This document shows, piece after piece, positions 46,964 through 55,659 of a DNA stretch of 64,000 nt. The DNA is from Candidatus Krumholzibacteriia bacterium (GTDB lineage: Bacteria > Krumholzibacteriota > Krumholzibacteriia > LZORAL124-64-63), in NCBI GenBank assembly GCA_050174015.1, contig JBFXKG010000008.1, positions 64,001-128,000 on the forward strand. The letters run 5' to 3'. A model generated the notes under the pieces. It did no database searches. It saw only the letters and a program-made list of their open reading frames with translations, and had not been told where the DNA came from. Position 1 is the first letter of the stretch, and every line of letters begins with the position of its first letter. Both the position numbers and the translations under genes were made by a program.

Positions 46964-48451
46964 ATGAGCAAGAACCGGGGATTCAGCTTCAGGGTCCACC
47001 ACAGGGATAGGGTCGGCGTCGGTCTGGAACGGACCGGGCCGGCGGCCTGGAAGGTGGTGGAACTGACTGCGGACAGGGGTGACGGAACATTGCCGCAGGG
47101 ATTCCTGCGGGGTGCAGGCATCAGCCGGGACAGGCTGACCTGGGTGGCGCCCTGTGACGAGACCCGGCTGCTCCAGCTGTCCCTCCCTCCCCTCAAGGGG
47201 AAGGAGCTCAACCATGCCATCAAGGGATGGGTCGCCCGGCAGGAGAACACCACGATCGAGGACGTTGCCGTTTCCTACCTTTCCCTGGGAGTGGCCAGGG
47301 ACCAGGGCGGCGAGTCGCGGCAGGAAGTGGTCACCCTGGCCATGTCCGTGGAGGACCGGCAGGGCCAGTTGACCCAGGCGCAGACCTGGGACCTGCATCC
47401 CGGCCGGATGTTGCCCGGATACATGGTCCTGGATCAGTTCCTGCGGCTGGTCCAGCCCGAAGGGGAAAAGCTCGAAGGGTGGACCCTGGTCTACCTGGGG
47501 GAACAGGAGAACTTCCTGACCATCGCGAACTCCCGCAGCGTGCTGCTTCATCGGGGACTGCCCCTGGATCATTCGGGAGGCCAGGAGAGGGAGCAGTTCT
47601 TCGCCAGGCTGGCGACGGAGATCGAGCGTTCCCGCTTCTTCGTCCGCCAGGGTTCGCAGAGTGCGGACATCCAGAAGGTCCTGGTCTGCGGCGATCCGGA
47701 ACAGGCGGCCCTCCTGGCGGCCACGCTCAACGCCGAGGGCTCCGTGCCCGCGGTCCACTGGGAGGCGGAGAAGCACTTCAGCCAGGGCGAGGACTCGCCC
47801 GATGGGCGGTACCTGGTGGCCCTGGCGGCGGCCGCCCTGTCCCTGGAAAAACCGGTCTTCAACCTGGTGTCCGCCGCCCGCCGCGGGCTGCTGGGCCGGC
47901 AGGGTCGCCGGCGATCCCTGGTGGCGGCGGGAACCCTGGCGGCCGGCGTGGTGCCCCTGCTGGTGGCGGGGAGCATGGTGACCTCCAGGATCCAGGCGGG
48001 CTACCTGGAAAAGGCCCAGGCGAGACTGGAGACCGCAAAGGCGGAGGCGTCGGCGGCGGCGGAGGTCTACAAGGCCCACCGCCTCCTGACGGCCAAGGAG
48101 GCCTGCCTGGAATGGAAAGCGAGCGAGAGGACGGACCTGGAGGGCATGCTGCTGGAGCTGGCGGCGGCCACACCCGGTCCGGTGCTGTTCCGGGACCTCC
48201 GCATCTGGGAGGCTGTGGACGGGGACATCCGGATGCAACTGGTGGGAGAGGCCGCAGGCACATCGGCGGGCCAGGCCCAGCAATCCTACCTCGAATTCCA
48301 GGACAACCTGCGGCAGGGGGACTTCCTCAAAGGATTTCAGGAACCGAAGGTGCTGGAGATCCGAGCGGTGACCCAGCGCGGCGAGACCACGCCCAGGACC
48401 ATGTTCACCCTGGAGTTGACCCTTGCGCGGAAGAAGGGGGAGGCCGGCTGA
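46964..48451 (+). CDS. GspL / PilM-PilN fusion-like assembly protein
   Basis: Degenerate PilM-like cytoplasmic part ('LSLPPLKGKEL', 'EIERSRFF', 'VLVCG'), single TM, coiled coil and periplasmic domain; operon position. Confidence 0.6.
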   Translation: MSKNRGFSFRVHHRDRVGVGLERTGPAAWKVVELTADRGDGTLPQGFLRGAGISRDRLTWVAPCDETRLLQLSLPPLKGKELNHAIKGWVARQENTTIEDVAVSYLSLGVARDQGGESRQEVVTLAMSVEDRQGQLTQAQTWDLHPGRMLPGYMVLDQFLRLVQPEGEKLEGWTLVYLGEQENFLTIANSRSVLLHRGLPLDHSGGQEREQFFARLATEIERSRFFVRQGSQSADIQKVLVCGDPEQAALLAATLNAEGSVPAVHWEAEKHFSQGEDSPDGRYLVALAAAALSLEKPVFNLVSAARRGLLGRQGRRRSLVAAGTLAAGVVPLLVAGSMVTSRIQAGYLEKAQARLETAKAEASAAAEVYKAHRLLTAKEACLEWKASERTDLEGMLLELAAATPGPVLFRDLRIWEAVDGDIRMQLVGEAAGTSAGQAQQSYLEFQDNLRQGDFLKGFQEPKVLEIRAVTQRGETTPRTMFTLELTLARKKGEAG

Positions 48452-49095
48452 TGGAAGCAGGGAAAGGGATGATCCCGTGGCGCCGTTTGATCGGCCGGCG
48501 AGTCATGTTCAGCGGACTGGGAGTGACCTGGCTGGTCCTCCTGGTGACGGTCGCGATCCCCAGGATGCATTCGGCGCTCGTGAATCACCGGGAGGTCCAG
48601 CGCCTGGAAAGGGAACTGGCGGATCTGGACGCCTGGACGGTCGCCGGGCTGTGGCTGGCCCCGGAAGTGGCGGAGCGTCGGCCGGGAATCGAGGCGGCCT
48701 GGGACCGGTCGTTTCCGGCGAGCCGGTCGCGGGAGGAACTGTTCCTCGAGATCGCCCGGGTCGCGGACGCTGTGGGCCTGCGGGATTTCGACCTCACGGA
48801 AATGGATCTTTTCGGGGAGGAAGCGGGACCGCCGAAGCTCCAGGAACACCTCGAGGGGTACCTGGAGGGCGGTGGCGCAGTGGATGGAGTGCCGGTCGAG
48901 ATTCCCCGCATCGACCTGGGCATCTACCGTCTGAAAGCGGAATTCCAGGGGAACTACGGAGACCTGGCCGGATTCCTGGGCCGGCTCCAGCGTTTGGACC
49001 GCGCCCTGAGCGTTCATAACCTCGCCGTGAGCCAGTACAACGGAAAGACCCAGATCGAACTGGAGTTGGACGTCTATGTCAGCCAAACGTCTTGA
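48451..49095 (+). CDS. PilO/GspM/MshJ-like protein
   Basis: N-terminal TM, coiled coil, 'FQGNYGDLAGFLGRLQRL'; TGATG coupling. Confidence 0.7.
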   Translation: MEAGKGMIPWRRLIGRRVMFSGLGVTWLVLLVTVAIPRMHSALVNHREVQRLERELADLDAWTVAGLWLAPEVAERRPGIEAAWDRSFPASRSREELFLEIARVADAVGLRDFDLTEMDLFGEEAGPPKLQEHLEGYLEGGGAVDGVPVEIPRIDLGIYRLKAEFQGNYGDLAGFLGRLQRLDRALSVHNLAVSQYNGKTQIELELDVYVSQTS

Positions 49096-49702
49096 TCTCA
49101 AGAGTCCGCCGGTGGTGGCGCTGGTGCTGGTCCTGCTCGTCGCGGTGGCGGCCTTCAACGTCATGACCTTCGGCCCCGGCCGGCACGATCGAGGTCGAGG
49201 GGCGGGCGTGAGGGTCCAGGCCTATCAGGCCCTGCCCTCGGACCTCGGGGAGATGGTCCGTTTGGCGGGTGACCAGCTGCGGGGATCCGCAGCCGGGCCG
49301 GCGGAGGCAGAACACCCGAGACCGGATCTGGAACGGGATCCCTTCTCGCCCTATGAGGAAACGCGGCCCGAACCGACGCGCAAACGCGCGCCCCGGCAGG
49401 TGAGCGGGAGGCCGGCCGAGCCTCCGGCGGTCAGCGCCATCCTGGTGACCGGCCGGGGTCCGGTGGCCCTCATCGCCGGCCGATCCTGCAGCCCGGGAGA
49501 CCAGGTGGAAGGATTCCAGGTCGTGGAGGTCGACCTCCAGGGCGTCGTCCTGATGGACGCCCGGGGGCGCACGGTGACGGTCAAGGTCAACGGGAACGGG
49601 AGCAAGGGGGGATCCTTCGAGATCTCCGGGGGAGTGGACGGATCCGAACAGGCAGCCATCCTGGCTGCCGCCATGGATGCAGAGGAAAGGAAATTGCCAT
49701 GA
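49076..49702 (+). CDS. MshK/GspC-like accessory protein
   Basis: N-terminal TM, 'RDPF', 'VSAILVTG..VALIAG...GDQVEGFQV'; precedes the secretin. Confidence 0.55.
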   Translation: MSAKRLDLKSPPVVALVLVLLVAVAAFNVMTFGPGRHDRGRGAGVRVQAYQALPSDLGEMVRLAGDQLRGSAAGPAEAEHPRPDLERDPFSPYEETRPEPTRKRAPRQVSGRPAEPPAVSAILVTGRGPVALIAGRSCSPGDQVEGFQVVEVDLQGVVLMDARGRTVTVKVNGNGSKGGSFEISGGVDGSEQAAILAAAMDAEERKLP

Positions 49703-51228
49703 ACCGGTGGTGCCAAGATCGCACGCCGCAGGTGTGGGGCCGGGCGATCCGGGCGGGTATGGGCGTCCTGCTCGCCGCCCTCGTCGTGGGGGCTCCGCAG
49801 GCCGGGGCCGGGGAAGGTGACTGGGACGCCGATCTCCAGCCGGTGAGCATCGTCACCAACGGCTTCGTCGGAGTCCGGGACATCATGCCCTCGGTGGCAG
49901 CCAGGCTGGGACTGGGGCTCCAGATGGCTCCGGACGTGGCCGGGGAGGTCAACGTCCACCTGGTCGACGTTTCCCCGCGCCGCGCCCTGGACAGCCTGAT
50001 GGACCAGGCGAGCCTGGGGTACGAGGTCGTCGACGGGGTGCTCGTCATCCACAGGCAGGGCATGGTCACCCGGTGGTTCGAGTTCGATTATCCCGTGACC
50101 CAGCGGGAAGGCCGCGGGGAACTCGAGATCTCCGCCGGGAACAACGGGGGCGAATCGTCGTCGGGAGGGGGCGAGGGCACCAACCAGAACAAGAGCCACG
50201 TGACCAGCACGGCGAAGATGTCCATCTGGCCCGAGGTGATGGAATCCCTCAAGACCCTGGTCTTCGGCGGGGAGGAGGTCCAGACCGCCGCCGGCGGGGG
50301 CGGGGAGAGGATGTCCCTGAACCTCGCGGACGCGGGCGGTCGCAGCCTGGTGGTCAACCCCATGGCAGGGGTCATCCAGGTGACCACCGAATTCGACCGC
50401 GTCCAGAGGGTTGGGCAGCTGCTCGACAAGCTGGGCGCCTCGCTCCAGCGTCAGGTGGCGATCGAGGTCAGGATCATGGAGGTGACCCTCGACAGGAACA
50501 CCAGGACGGGCATCGACTGGTCCACCTTCACCGGAACCGAGGTGGATGCCGATCTGCGGACCATCGGCGGCAGCCAGGGTGAGAACTTCTTCCAGTTCAT
50601 CGTGGACTCGAAGCACCTGACGGGGACCATGCAGGCCCTGGCCGGCTTCGGCAACGTCAAGACCCTGAGCACTCCGCGGATCACGACCCTGAACAACCAG
50701 AAGGCGGTGGTGAGGGTCGTCAAGGAGGACGTCTACTACGAGGCGACGGTTTCGCCCTCGATCATCAGCAGCACGGGCGTGGCCACCGAACCCATCATCA
50801 GCTACACGCCGCGGACCGTCTCCATCGGCGTGGTCCTGGACGTCACCCCCCAGGTGGGAGAGGGGGGGCTGATCACCATGAACGTCCACCCCACCATCTC
50901 CGACGTGGTGGGCGTGGCGATCTCGCCCAACGCGGACCAGGCGCCCATCCTCAGCATCCGGGAGCTGGACACCGTCGGCAAGGTCCGCAACGGCCAGACC
51001 CTGGTCATCGCGGGATTGCTGAGCCAGCGGACGGAGCGGAGCCGTTCGGGCATCCCCCTGCTCAAGGACATCCCCCTGCTGGGGATGCTGTTCGGTTCCA
51101 CCGAGATGAAGGATTCCAACGTGGAGCTGGTCATGCTCTTGACCCCGGTGCTGATGGACGGGGACGAGGCTGATGTCGTGGCAGCCGCGGAGAAGGAGAA
51201 GTTCGAGAAGCAGATGCAGGGATCGTGA
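49699..51228 (+). CDS. Short secretin (MshL/GspD-like)
   Basis: 'LVVNPMAGVIQV', 'QVAIEVRIMEV', 'GIDW', 'LSTPRITTLNNQKA', 'LVIAGL', 'GIPLLKDIPLLGMLF'. Confidence 0.9.
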   Translation: MNRWCQDRTPQVWGRAIRAGMGVLLAALVVGAPQAGAGEGDWDADLQPVSIVTNGFVGVRDIMPSVAARLGLGLQMAPDVAGEVNVHLVDVSPRRALDSLMDQASLGYEVVDGVLVIHRQGMVTRWFEFDYPVTQREGRGELEISAGNNGGESSSGGGEGTNQNKSHVTSTAKMSIWPEVMESLKTLVFGGEEVQTAAGGGGERMSLNLADAGGRSLVVNPMAGVIQVTTEFDRVQRVGQLLDKLGASLQRQVAIEVRIMEVTLDRNTRTGIDWSTFTGTEVDADLRTIGGSQGENFFQFIVDSKHLTGTMQALAGFGNVKTLSTPRITTLNNQKAVVRVVKEDVYYEATVSPSIISSTGVATEPIISYTPRTVSIGVVLDVTPQVGEGGLITMNVHPTISDVVGVAISPNADQAPILSIRELDTVGKVRNGQTLVIAGLLSQRTERSRSGIPLLKDIPLLGMLFGSTEMKDSNVELVMLLTPVLMDGDEADVVAAAEKEKFEKQMQGS

Positions 51229-51243
51229 CCTCGCTCGAGCGGG

Positions 51244-51279
51244 AAACGCCCGGTCTCCGCGGAGGAGGCCGGGCGTTTT
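51244..51279. terminator. Bidirectional terminator between secretin and convergent pilin
   Basis: AAACGCCCGG...CCGGGCGTTTT inverted repeat. Confidence 0.75.
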
Positions 51280-51298
51280 CGTCCGCAGGGGGCCGGGA

Positions 51299-51967
51299 TC
51301 AGCGCACCGTCACCACGGTGCCGATGTCGTCGCCCATGACGTCCTCGGTGGTCGCGTCGTTGAAGGGGGTTTCCCAGGTGCCGTTGGGACCGGCGCTCAG
51401 GACGAACACCTTGTGGCGGACGGCGCCCGCGTAGGCTCCGCCCGGGAAGTAGCGCGAGTTGATGACGTATCCGTTGCCCCAGGGATCGGTCAGCTCGTAG
51501 TTGTCCAGATAGGGGCCCTTCCAGGCGTTGCGGCCGTTGGTGTCCCAGTCCTGGTTCGCCTGGTTGGCATTGTTCCCGGTCGCCGAGGAGTCGTTGTCCG
51601 GGTTGTTGTAGTAGAGGTAGTCGCCGAGCTGCTTGGCCGTGCCGAAGGTGCCCCAGTTGTCGGCCCCCGCACCGGCGCCGGGTCCCGCGACCGTGGGCAG
51701 GACGGTGCTGGACACCACGCGCGAGACGGCGTTGCCGGTCGGGCCGTTGGCGTTGGTGAACGGCCACCGACCGGTATCCTTGTAGTAGCCCAGCAGCGCG
51801 GTGGAGATGGTCTCGGTCTCGTTCTGGGCGCGGGAGACCTTGGCGTCCTCCAGGTGCCTGAAGACCATGGGGCTGATGGCGGCGGCGAAGATCGCCACGA
51901 TGGCCACCGCGATGACGATCTCGATCAGGGTGAAGCCGCTGCGATCCGTAGTCCTGGGCGTCCTCAT
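51299..51967 (-). CDS. GspG-like prepilin (single head), probable major (pseudo)pilin
   Basis: AAAGGAA RBS; 'SG|FTLIEIVIAVAIVAI', 'YKDTGRWP', 'WKGPYL', 'DPWGNGY', 'SAGPNG', 'GDDI'. Confidence 0.88.
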   Translation of the reverse strand: MRTPRTTDRSGFTLIEIVIAVAIVAIFAAAISPMVFRHLEDAKVSRAQNETETISTALLGYYKDTGRWPFTNANGPTGNAVSRVVSSTVLPTVAGPGAGAGADNWGTFGTAKQLGDYLYYNNPDNDSSATGNNANQANQDWDTNGRNAWKGPYLDNYELTDPWGNGYVINSRYFPGGAYAGAVRHKVFVLSAGPNGTWETPFNDATTEDVMGDDIGTVVTVR

Positions 51968-52146
51968 GATTCGATTCCTTTCGCTAATTGGGGCCTCCCC
52001 CGGGCCCTTGGCTCGTGCCAGGAAGCTGGGCGACGCACATGACTCCCTCCAAGGAGCCTCTTCATGGGTGAGGAATCGGCCCATGGAACCAGGACTTTAG
52101 GGGATATTTGAGGAATGATGGGGGGCTGGCGCCCCCCGATTGGACC

Positions 52147-52920
52147 TCAGCCGATGCCGCGGGGGTGCGAGGCGAAGACCGCGGCCTGGTCCTGGGGCAT
52201 GACCAGCATCTCCTGGATGTTGACGTGGGGGGGGCGGGTGGCGCAGAACAGGACGGCCTCGGCGATATCCTCGGCCTTCAGCGGGGGGAAGTTGCGGTAG
52301 ACGGCCGCAGCGCGTTCGGCGTCGCCGTGGAAGCGAACCTCGCTGAATTCGGTCTCGACCATGCCCGGGTCCACCGTCGAGCAGCGCACCCGGGTTCCCA
52401 GCAGATCGATGCGCAGCCCCTGGTTCAGGGCCCTGACGGCGTGCTTGGTGGCGCAGTACACGTTGCCGGCGGGATAAACCTGGTGTCCGGCGATGCTGCC
52501 GATGTTGATCACGTGTCCCCGGTCGCGTTCCACCATGCCCGGAATCACCGCCCTGCTGACCCACAGCAGGCCCTTGATGTTGGTGTCGATCATCTCCTCC
52601 CAGTCCCGGAAGTCCCCCTCCTGGAACTTGTCCAGGCCGCGGCTGAGGCCGGCGTTGTTGACCAGGACGTCGATCGCCCGCCACTGGGGGGGCAATCCTC
52701 CCACGGCCGCATCGACGGCCGTCCGGTCCCGGACGTCGAGCTCGATGGTGAGGCACGCGGTCCCGTGGGCCGCCTTCAATGCCGTCGCCAGGGTCTCGAG
52801 GCGGTCGGCCCGGCGGGCGGCCAGGATCAGGCGGGCCCCTTCGCGGGCGAAGATGCGGGCGCAGGCCTCGCCGATGCCGGCGCTGGCCCCGGTGATCATG
52901 ATCGTGGTGTCCTTGAACAT
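52147..52920 (-). CDS. Short-chain dehydrogenase (YdfG-like NADP-dependent 3-hydroxy acid dehydrogenase)
   Basis: 'TGASAGIG', 'NNAG', 'YCATK', 'PGMVETEFS'. Confidence 0.9.
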   Translation of the reverse strand: MFKDTTIMITGASAGIGEACARIFAREGARLILAARRADRLETLATALKAAHGTACLTIELDVRDRTAVDAAVGGLPPQWRAIDVLVNNAGLSRGLDKFQEGDFRDWEEMIDTNIKGLLWVSRAVIPGMVERDRGHVINIGSIAGHQVYPAGNVYCATKHAVRALNQGLRIDLLGTRVRCSTVDPGMVETEFSEVRFHGDAERAAAVYRNFPPLKAEDIAEAVLFCATRPPHVNIQEMLVMPQDQAAVFASHPRGIG

Positions 52921-52939
52921 GGCGTCAGGCTCCTTCAGG

Positions 52940-55081
52940 TCATTGGCCGAAGTGGGCGCCCAGGGGCAGGTTCCTGACCCGGACTCCCGTGGCGTCGAAC
53001 AGGGCGTTGAGAACGGCGGGGCCGAGGGGCGGATAGCCGGGCTCCCCGATGCCCCCGATGGCCTCCTCGCTGGGAATGCTGACCACCGTGACCTCGGGCA
53101 TCTCGTCCAGGGTCAGGATGGGGTAGTCGTCGAAGTTGCTCTGGGCGACCCGACCCCGGCGGATCCGGATCCCCTCGTGCAGCAGACCGCTCAGGGCGTA
53201 CGCGACGCCCCCCTCGATCTGGGAGCGCATCCCGTCCGGATGGACCACGGGGCCGCAGTCCACCACGGCCAGGATCCGGTGGACCTTCACCCGGCCGGGG
53301 GCCGGGATGGAGACCTCCGCCATCATGGTCACGTAGCTGCCGAAGCAGGCGTGGCAGGCCACCCCCTGCCCACGACCGGATTCCAGGCGGGCGGGCCAGC
53401 CCCATTGGTCACGGGCCGTCTCCAGGGTCCGGCGCAGGCGGTGGTCTCCTGGCAACAGGTCGAGCCGCAGAGCGACCGGATCGCGCCCGGCCGCGCGGGC
53501 GACCTCGTCCAGGAAGGCCTCGTTGGCCAGGGCGTTCTGGGTGTTGTAGACCGAGCGCAGCCAGCCCACCGGCACCGGGGTGTTCACCATGCTGTACAGC
53601 ACGTCCACGTTCCGGATGCCGTAGGGCAGGGTGGCGGCGCCGTCGACGGCGCCTTCGTCCCGGCCGTCCGGGACGCCGGCGGGATCGAGTTGGCCGCTGA
53701 TCGAGGGGCAGGCCAGATGGTGGGACCAGGCCACGAGGTCGCCGCCGGCGTCCAGACCGGCCTGCATGACGTGGCGGCTGGCGGGGCGGAAGAATCCGTG
53801 GCGGGTGTCCTCCTCGCGGGTCATGACCACCTGGACCGGACATCCAGCGGCCTTGGCGAGCTCCACCGCATCGGTGACGTAGTCCACCATCAGCCGCCGG
53901 CCGAAGCCCCCGCCGGCGTACGAAGGGAAGACCTTGACCTGTTGCGGGTCCAACCCTGCCGCCGCGGCGGCCACGGTCTGGCCCCAGCTCACGGACTGGA
54001 TGGGGCCGTAGACCTCGCAGACCCCGTCGGCGATGCGGGCGGTGCAGTTGACCGGCTCCATGGGGGAGTGGGAAAGGAAGGGCAGTTCGTAGACGGCAGA
54101 GACCACGGTGTGGGCGCTTGCCAGGGCGCCGACGGGGTCCCCGTCCCGGCGCATGATCGCCGCGGCCTCGGGACGGGCGGCGGCGAGCCGGGCTGAGATG
54201 GCGTCCGAATCGAGATCCGGTTCGCTGCCGTCGGTCCACCGGACGTCCAGGGCGTCCCGGGCCTTCATGGCCTGCCAGGTTGTGTCGGCCAGGACCGCGA
54301 CGCCGCTGCCGATGGGCAGGATCCGGCGCACCCCGCGCATCCTGCGGGCGGCCGAATCGTCCACACCGGCAACCTGGCCGCCGAACACCGGGGCCCGCGC
54401 CACCGCCGCGAACAGCAGACCCGGGAAACGCAGGTCGAGGCCGAACTCGGCTTCGCCGGTGATCTTGGCCAGGGTGTCCAGGCGCGGCAGGGACTTTCCG
54501 ATCAGGGTCCTGGCCGCGGGGGCCTTCAGGGGGACGTTCTGGGGGACCTCGAGCAGCGAGGCCGCCTCGGCCAGGTCACCGAATCCGGCGCGGTTGCCGG
54601 TGCGGTCATGGATGACGTACCCCTTCTCCGCGCGGCACTCTCCGGCGGGCACACCCCAGCGTGCGGCTGCGGCCGCGATGAGCATCCGCCGGGCGGCGGC
54701 CCCTGCTTGGCGGACCGGATCCCAGCTCATGCGCACGCTGCGGCTGCCGCCGGTCCCCATGCGGCCGAATCGGGGATCGTTCCAGGCCTTGCGGACCTCC
54801 ACGGATTCCCAGTCGGCCTCGAGCTCGTCCGCCAGGAGCATGGGGATAGCTGTCAGGGGGCCCTGTCCCAGCTCCGACCACGGCACCTGGATGACGACCT
54901 CGCCCTCCGGGGTGATCTCGAGCCAGGCGTTGGGATTGAAGACGGCCCCGGCGGGGCCCCATTCGGCGGCGGCCTCGGCGGCGGCGGAATCCTGCAGGCG
55001 GAAACCCAGGACCAGGGCTCCGGCCAGCACACCTGTGGTCTTCAGGAAATCCCGGCGGCTGAGATTGATCACGGCGCTCAT
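52940..55081 (-). CDS. Molybdopterin-binding subunit, isoquinoline 1-oxidoreductase beta (IorB)-like, Tat-exported
   Basis: Tat motif 'SRRDFLK'; 'ELGQG', 'TGGSRSV', 'GGGFGRR', 'GGIGEP'. Confidence 0.9.
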   Translation of the reverse strand: MSAVINLSRRDFLKTTGVLAGALVLGFRLQDSAAAEAAAEWGPAGAVFNPNAWLEITPEGEVVIQVPWSELGQGPLTAIPMLLADELEADWESVEVRKAWNDPRFGRMGTGGSRSVRMSWDPVRQAGAAARRMLIAAAAARWGVPAGECRAEKGYVIHDRTGNRAGFGDLAEAASLLEVPQNVPLKAPAARTLIGKSLPRLDTLAKITGEAEFGLDLRFPGLLFAAVARAPVFGGQVAGVDDSAARRMRGVRRILPIGSGVAVLADTTWQAMKARDALDVRWTDGSEPDLDSDAISARLAAARPEAAAIMRRDGDPVGALASAHTVVSAVYELPFLSHSPMEPVNCTARIADGVCEVYGPIQSVSWGQTVAAAAAGLDPQQVKVFPSYAGGGFGRRLMVDYVTDAVELAKAAGCPVQVVMTREEDTRHGFFRPASRHVMQAGLDAGGDLVAWSHHLACPSISGQLDPAGVPDGRDEGAVDGAATLPYGIRNVDVLYSMVNTPVPVGWLRSVYNTQNALANEAFLDEVARAAGRDPVALRLDLLPGDHRLRRTLETARDQWGWPARLESGRGQGVACHACFGSYVTMMAEVSIPAPGRVKVHRILAVVDCGPVVHPDGMRSQIEGGVAYALSGLLHEGIRIRRGRVAQSNFDDYPILTLDEMPEVTVVSIPSEEAIGGIGEPGYPPLGPAVLNALFDATGVRVRNLPLGAHFGQ

Positions 55082-55092
55082 CGGCCCCCTCC

Positions 55093-55542
55093 TTAGCTCG
55101 CCTTCTTCACGGCCTGCTTGATCCGTTGATAGGTTCCGCACCGGCAGAGGACCCCGCTCATGGTCCCCGTGATCTCAGCTTCGGTGGGGTGGGGGTTGGC
55201 ATCGAGCAGCGAGACCGCGGTGAGGATCTGTCCCGGCTGGCAGTAGCCGCACTGGGGCACCTCGAGCTCCCTCCAGACCTTCTGGACGGGATGCAACCCG
55301 TAGCCGCCGAGCCCCTCGATGGTGACGATGGATCTTCCCGCCGCTTCAGCCACGGTCATCTGGCAGGACCGGACCGCCTCACCGTCGAGCAGCACCGTGC
55401 AGGCGCCGCATTCGCCGACCCCGCATCCGTACTTGGTCCCCTTGAGGTCGAGGTGGTCCCGCAGGGCCCAGAGCAGGGGAGTCTCGGGATCGACGTCCAG
55501 GCTGTGGGCTTGTCCGTTGACGGAGAGGTTCAGGACGGCCAT
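55093..55542 (-). CDS. (2Fe-2S)-binding subunit (IorA-like)
   Basis: 'GCGVGECGACTV', 'QCGYCQ', 'CRC'. Confidence 0.93.
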   Translation of the reverse strand: MAVLNLSVNGQAHSLDVDPETPLLWALRDHLDLKGTKYGCGVGECGACTVLLDGEAVRSCQMTVAEAAGRSIVTIEGLGGYGLHPVQKVWRELEVPQCGYCQPGQILTAVSLLDANPHPTEAEITGTMSGVLCRCGTYQRIKQAVKKAS

Positions 55543-55603
55543 GAGGGCTCCCTTCGCTTGGGGTCGGGACGGGCGCCGATCATAGCGCGGAGAGGACCTG
55601 GTG

Positions 55604-55636
55604 AAAAGGAAAACGGCCCGGCGAAGGCCGGGCCGT
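55604..55636 (-). terminator. Rho-independent terminator after the S9 peptidase
   Basis: On minus strand ACGGCCCGGC-cttc-GCCGGGCCGT followed by TTTCCTTTT. Confidence 0.75.
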
Positions 55637-55659
55637 GAAGCGGTGACGGAGGAAAGGCT

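Noticed and set aside
52006..52020. TGGCACG (-24-like) upstream of the convergent pilin
   Set aside because: The -12 position reads AAGG rather than TTGC, so it cannot be called a sigma-54 promoter.
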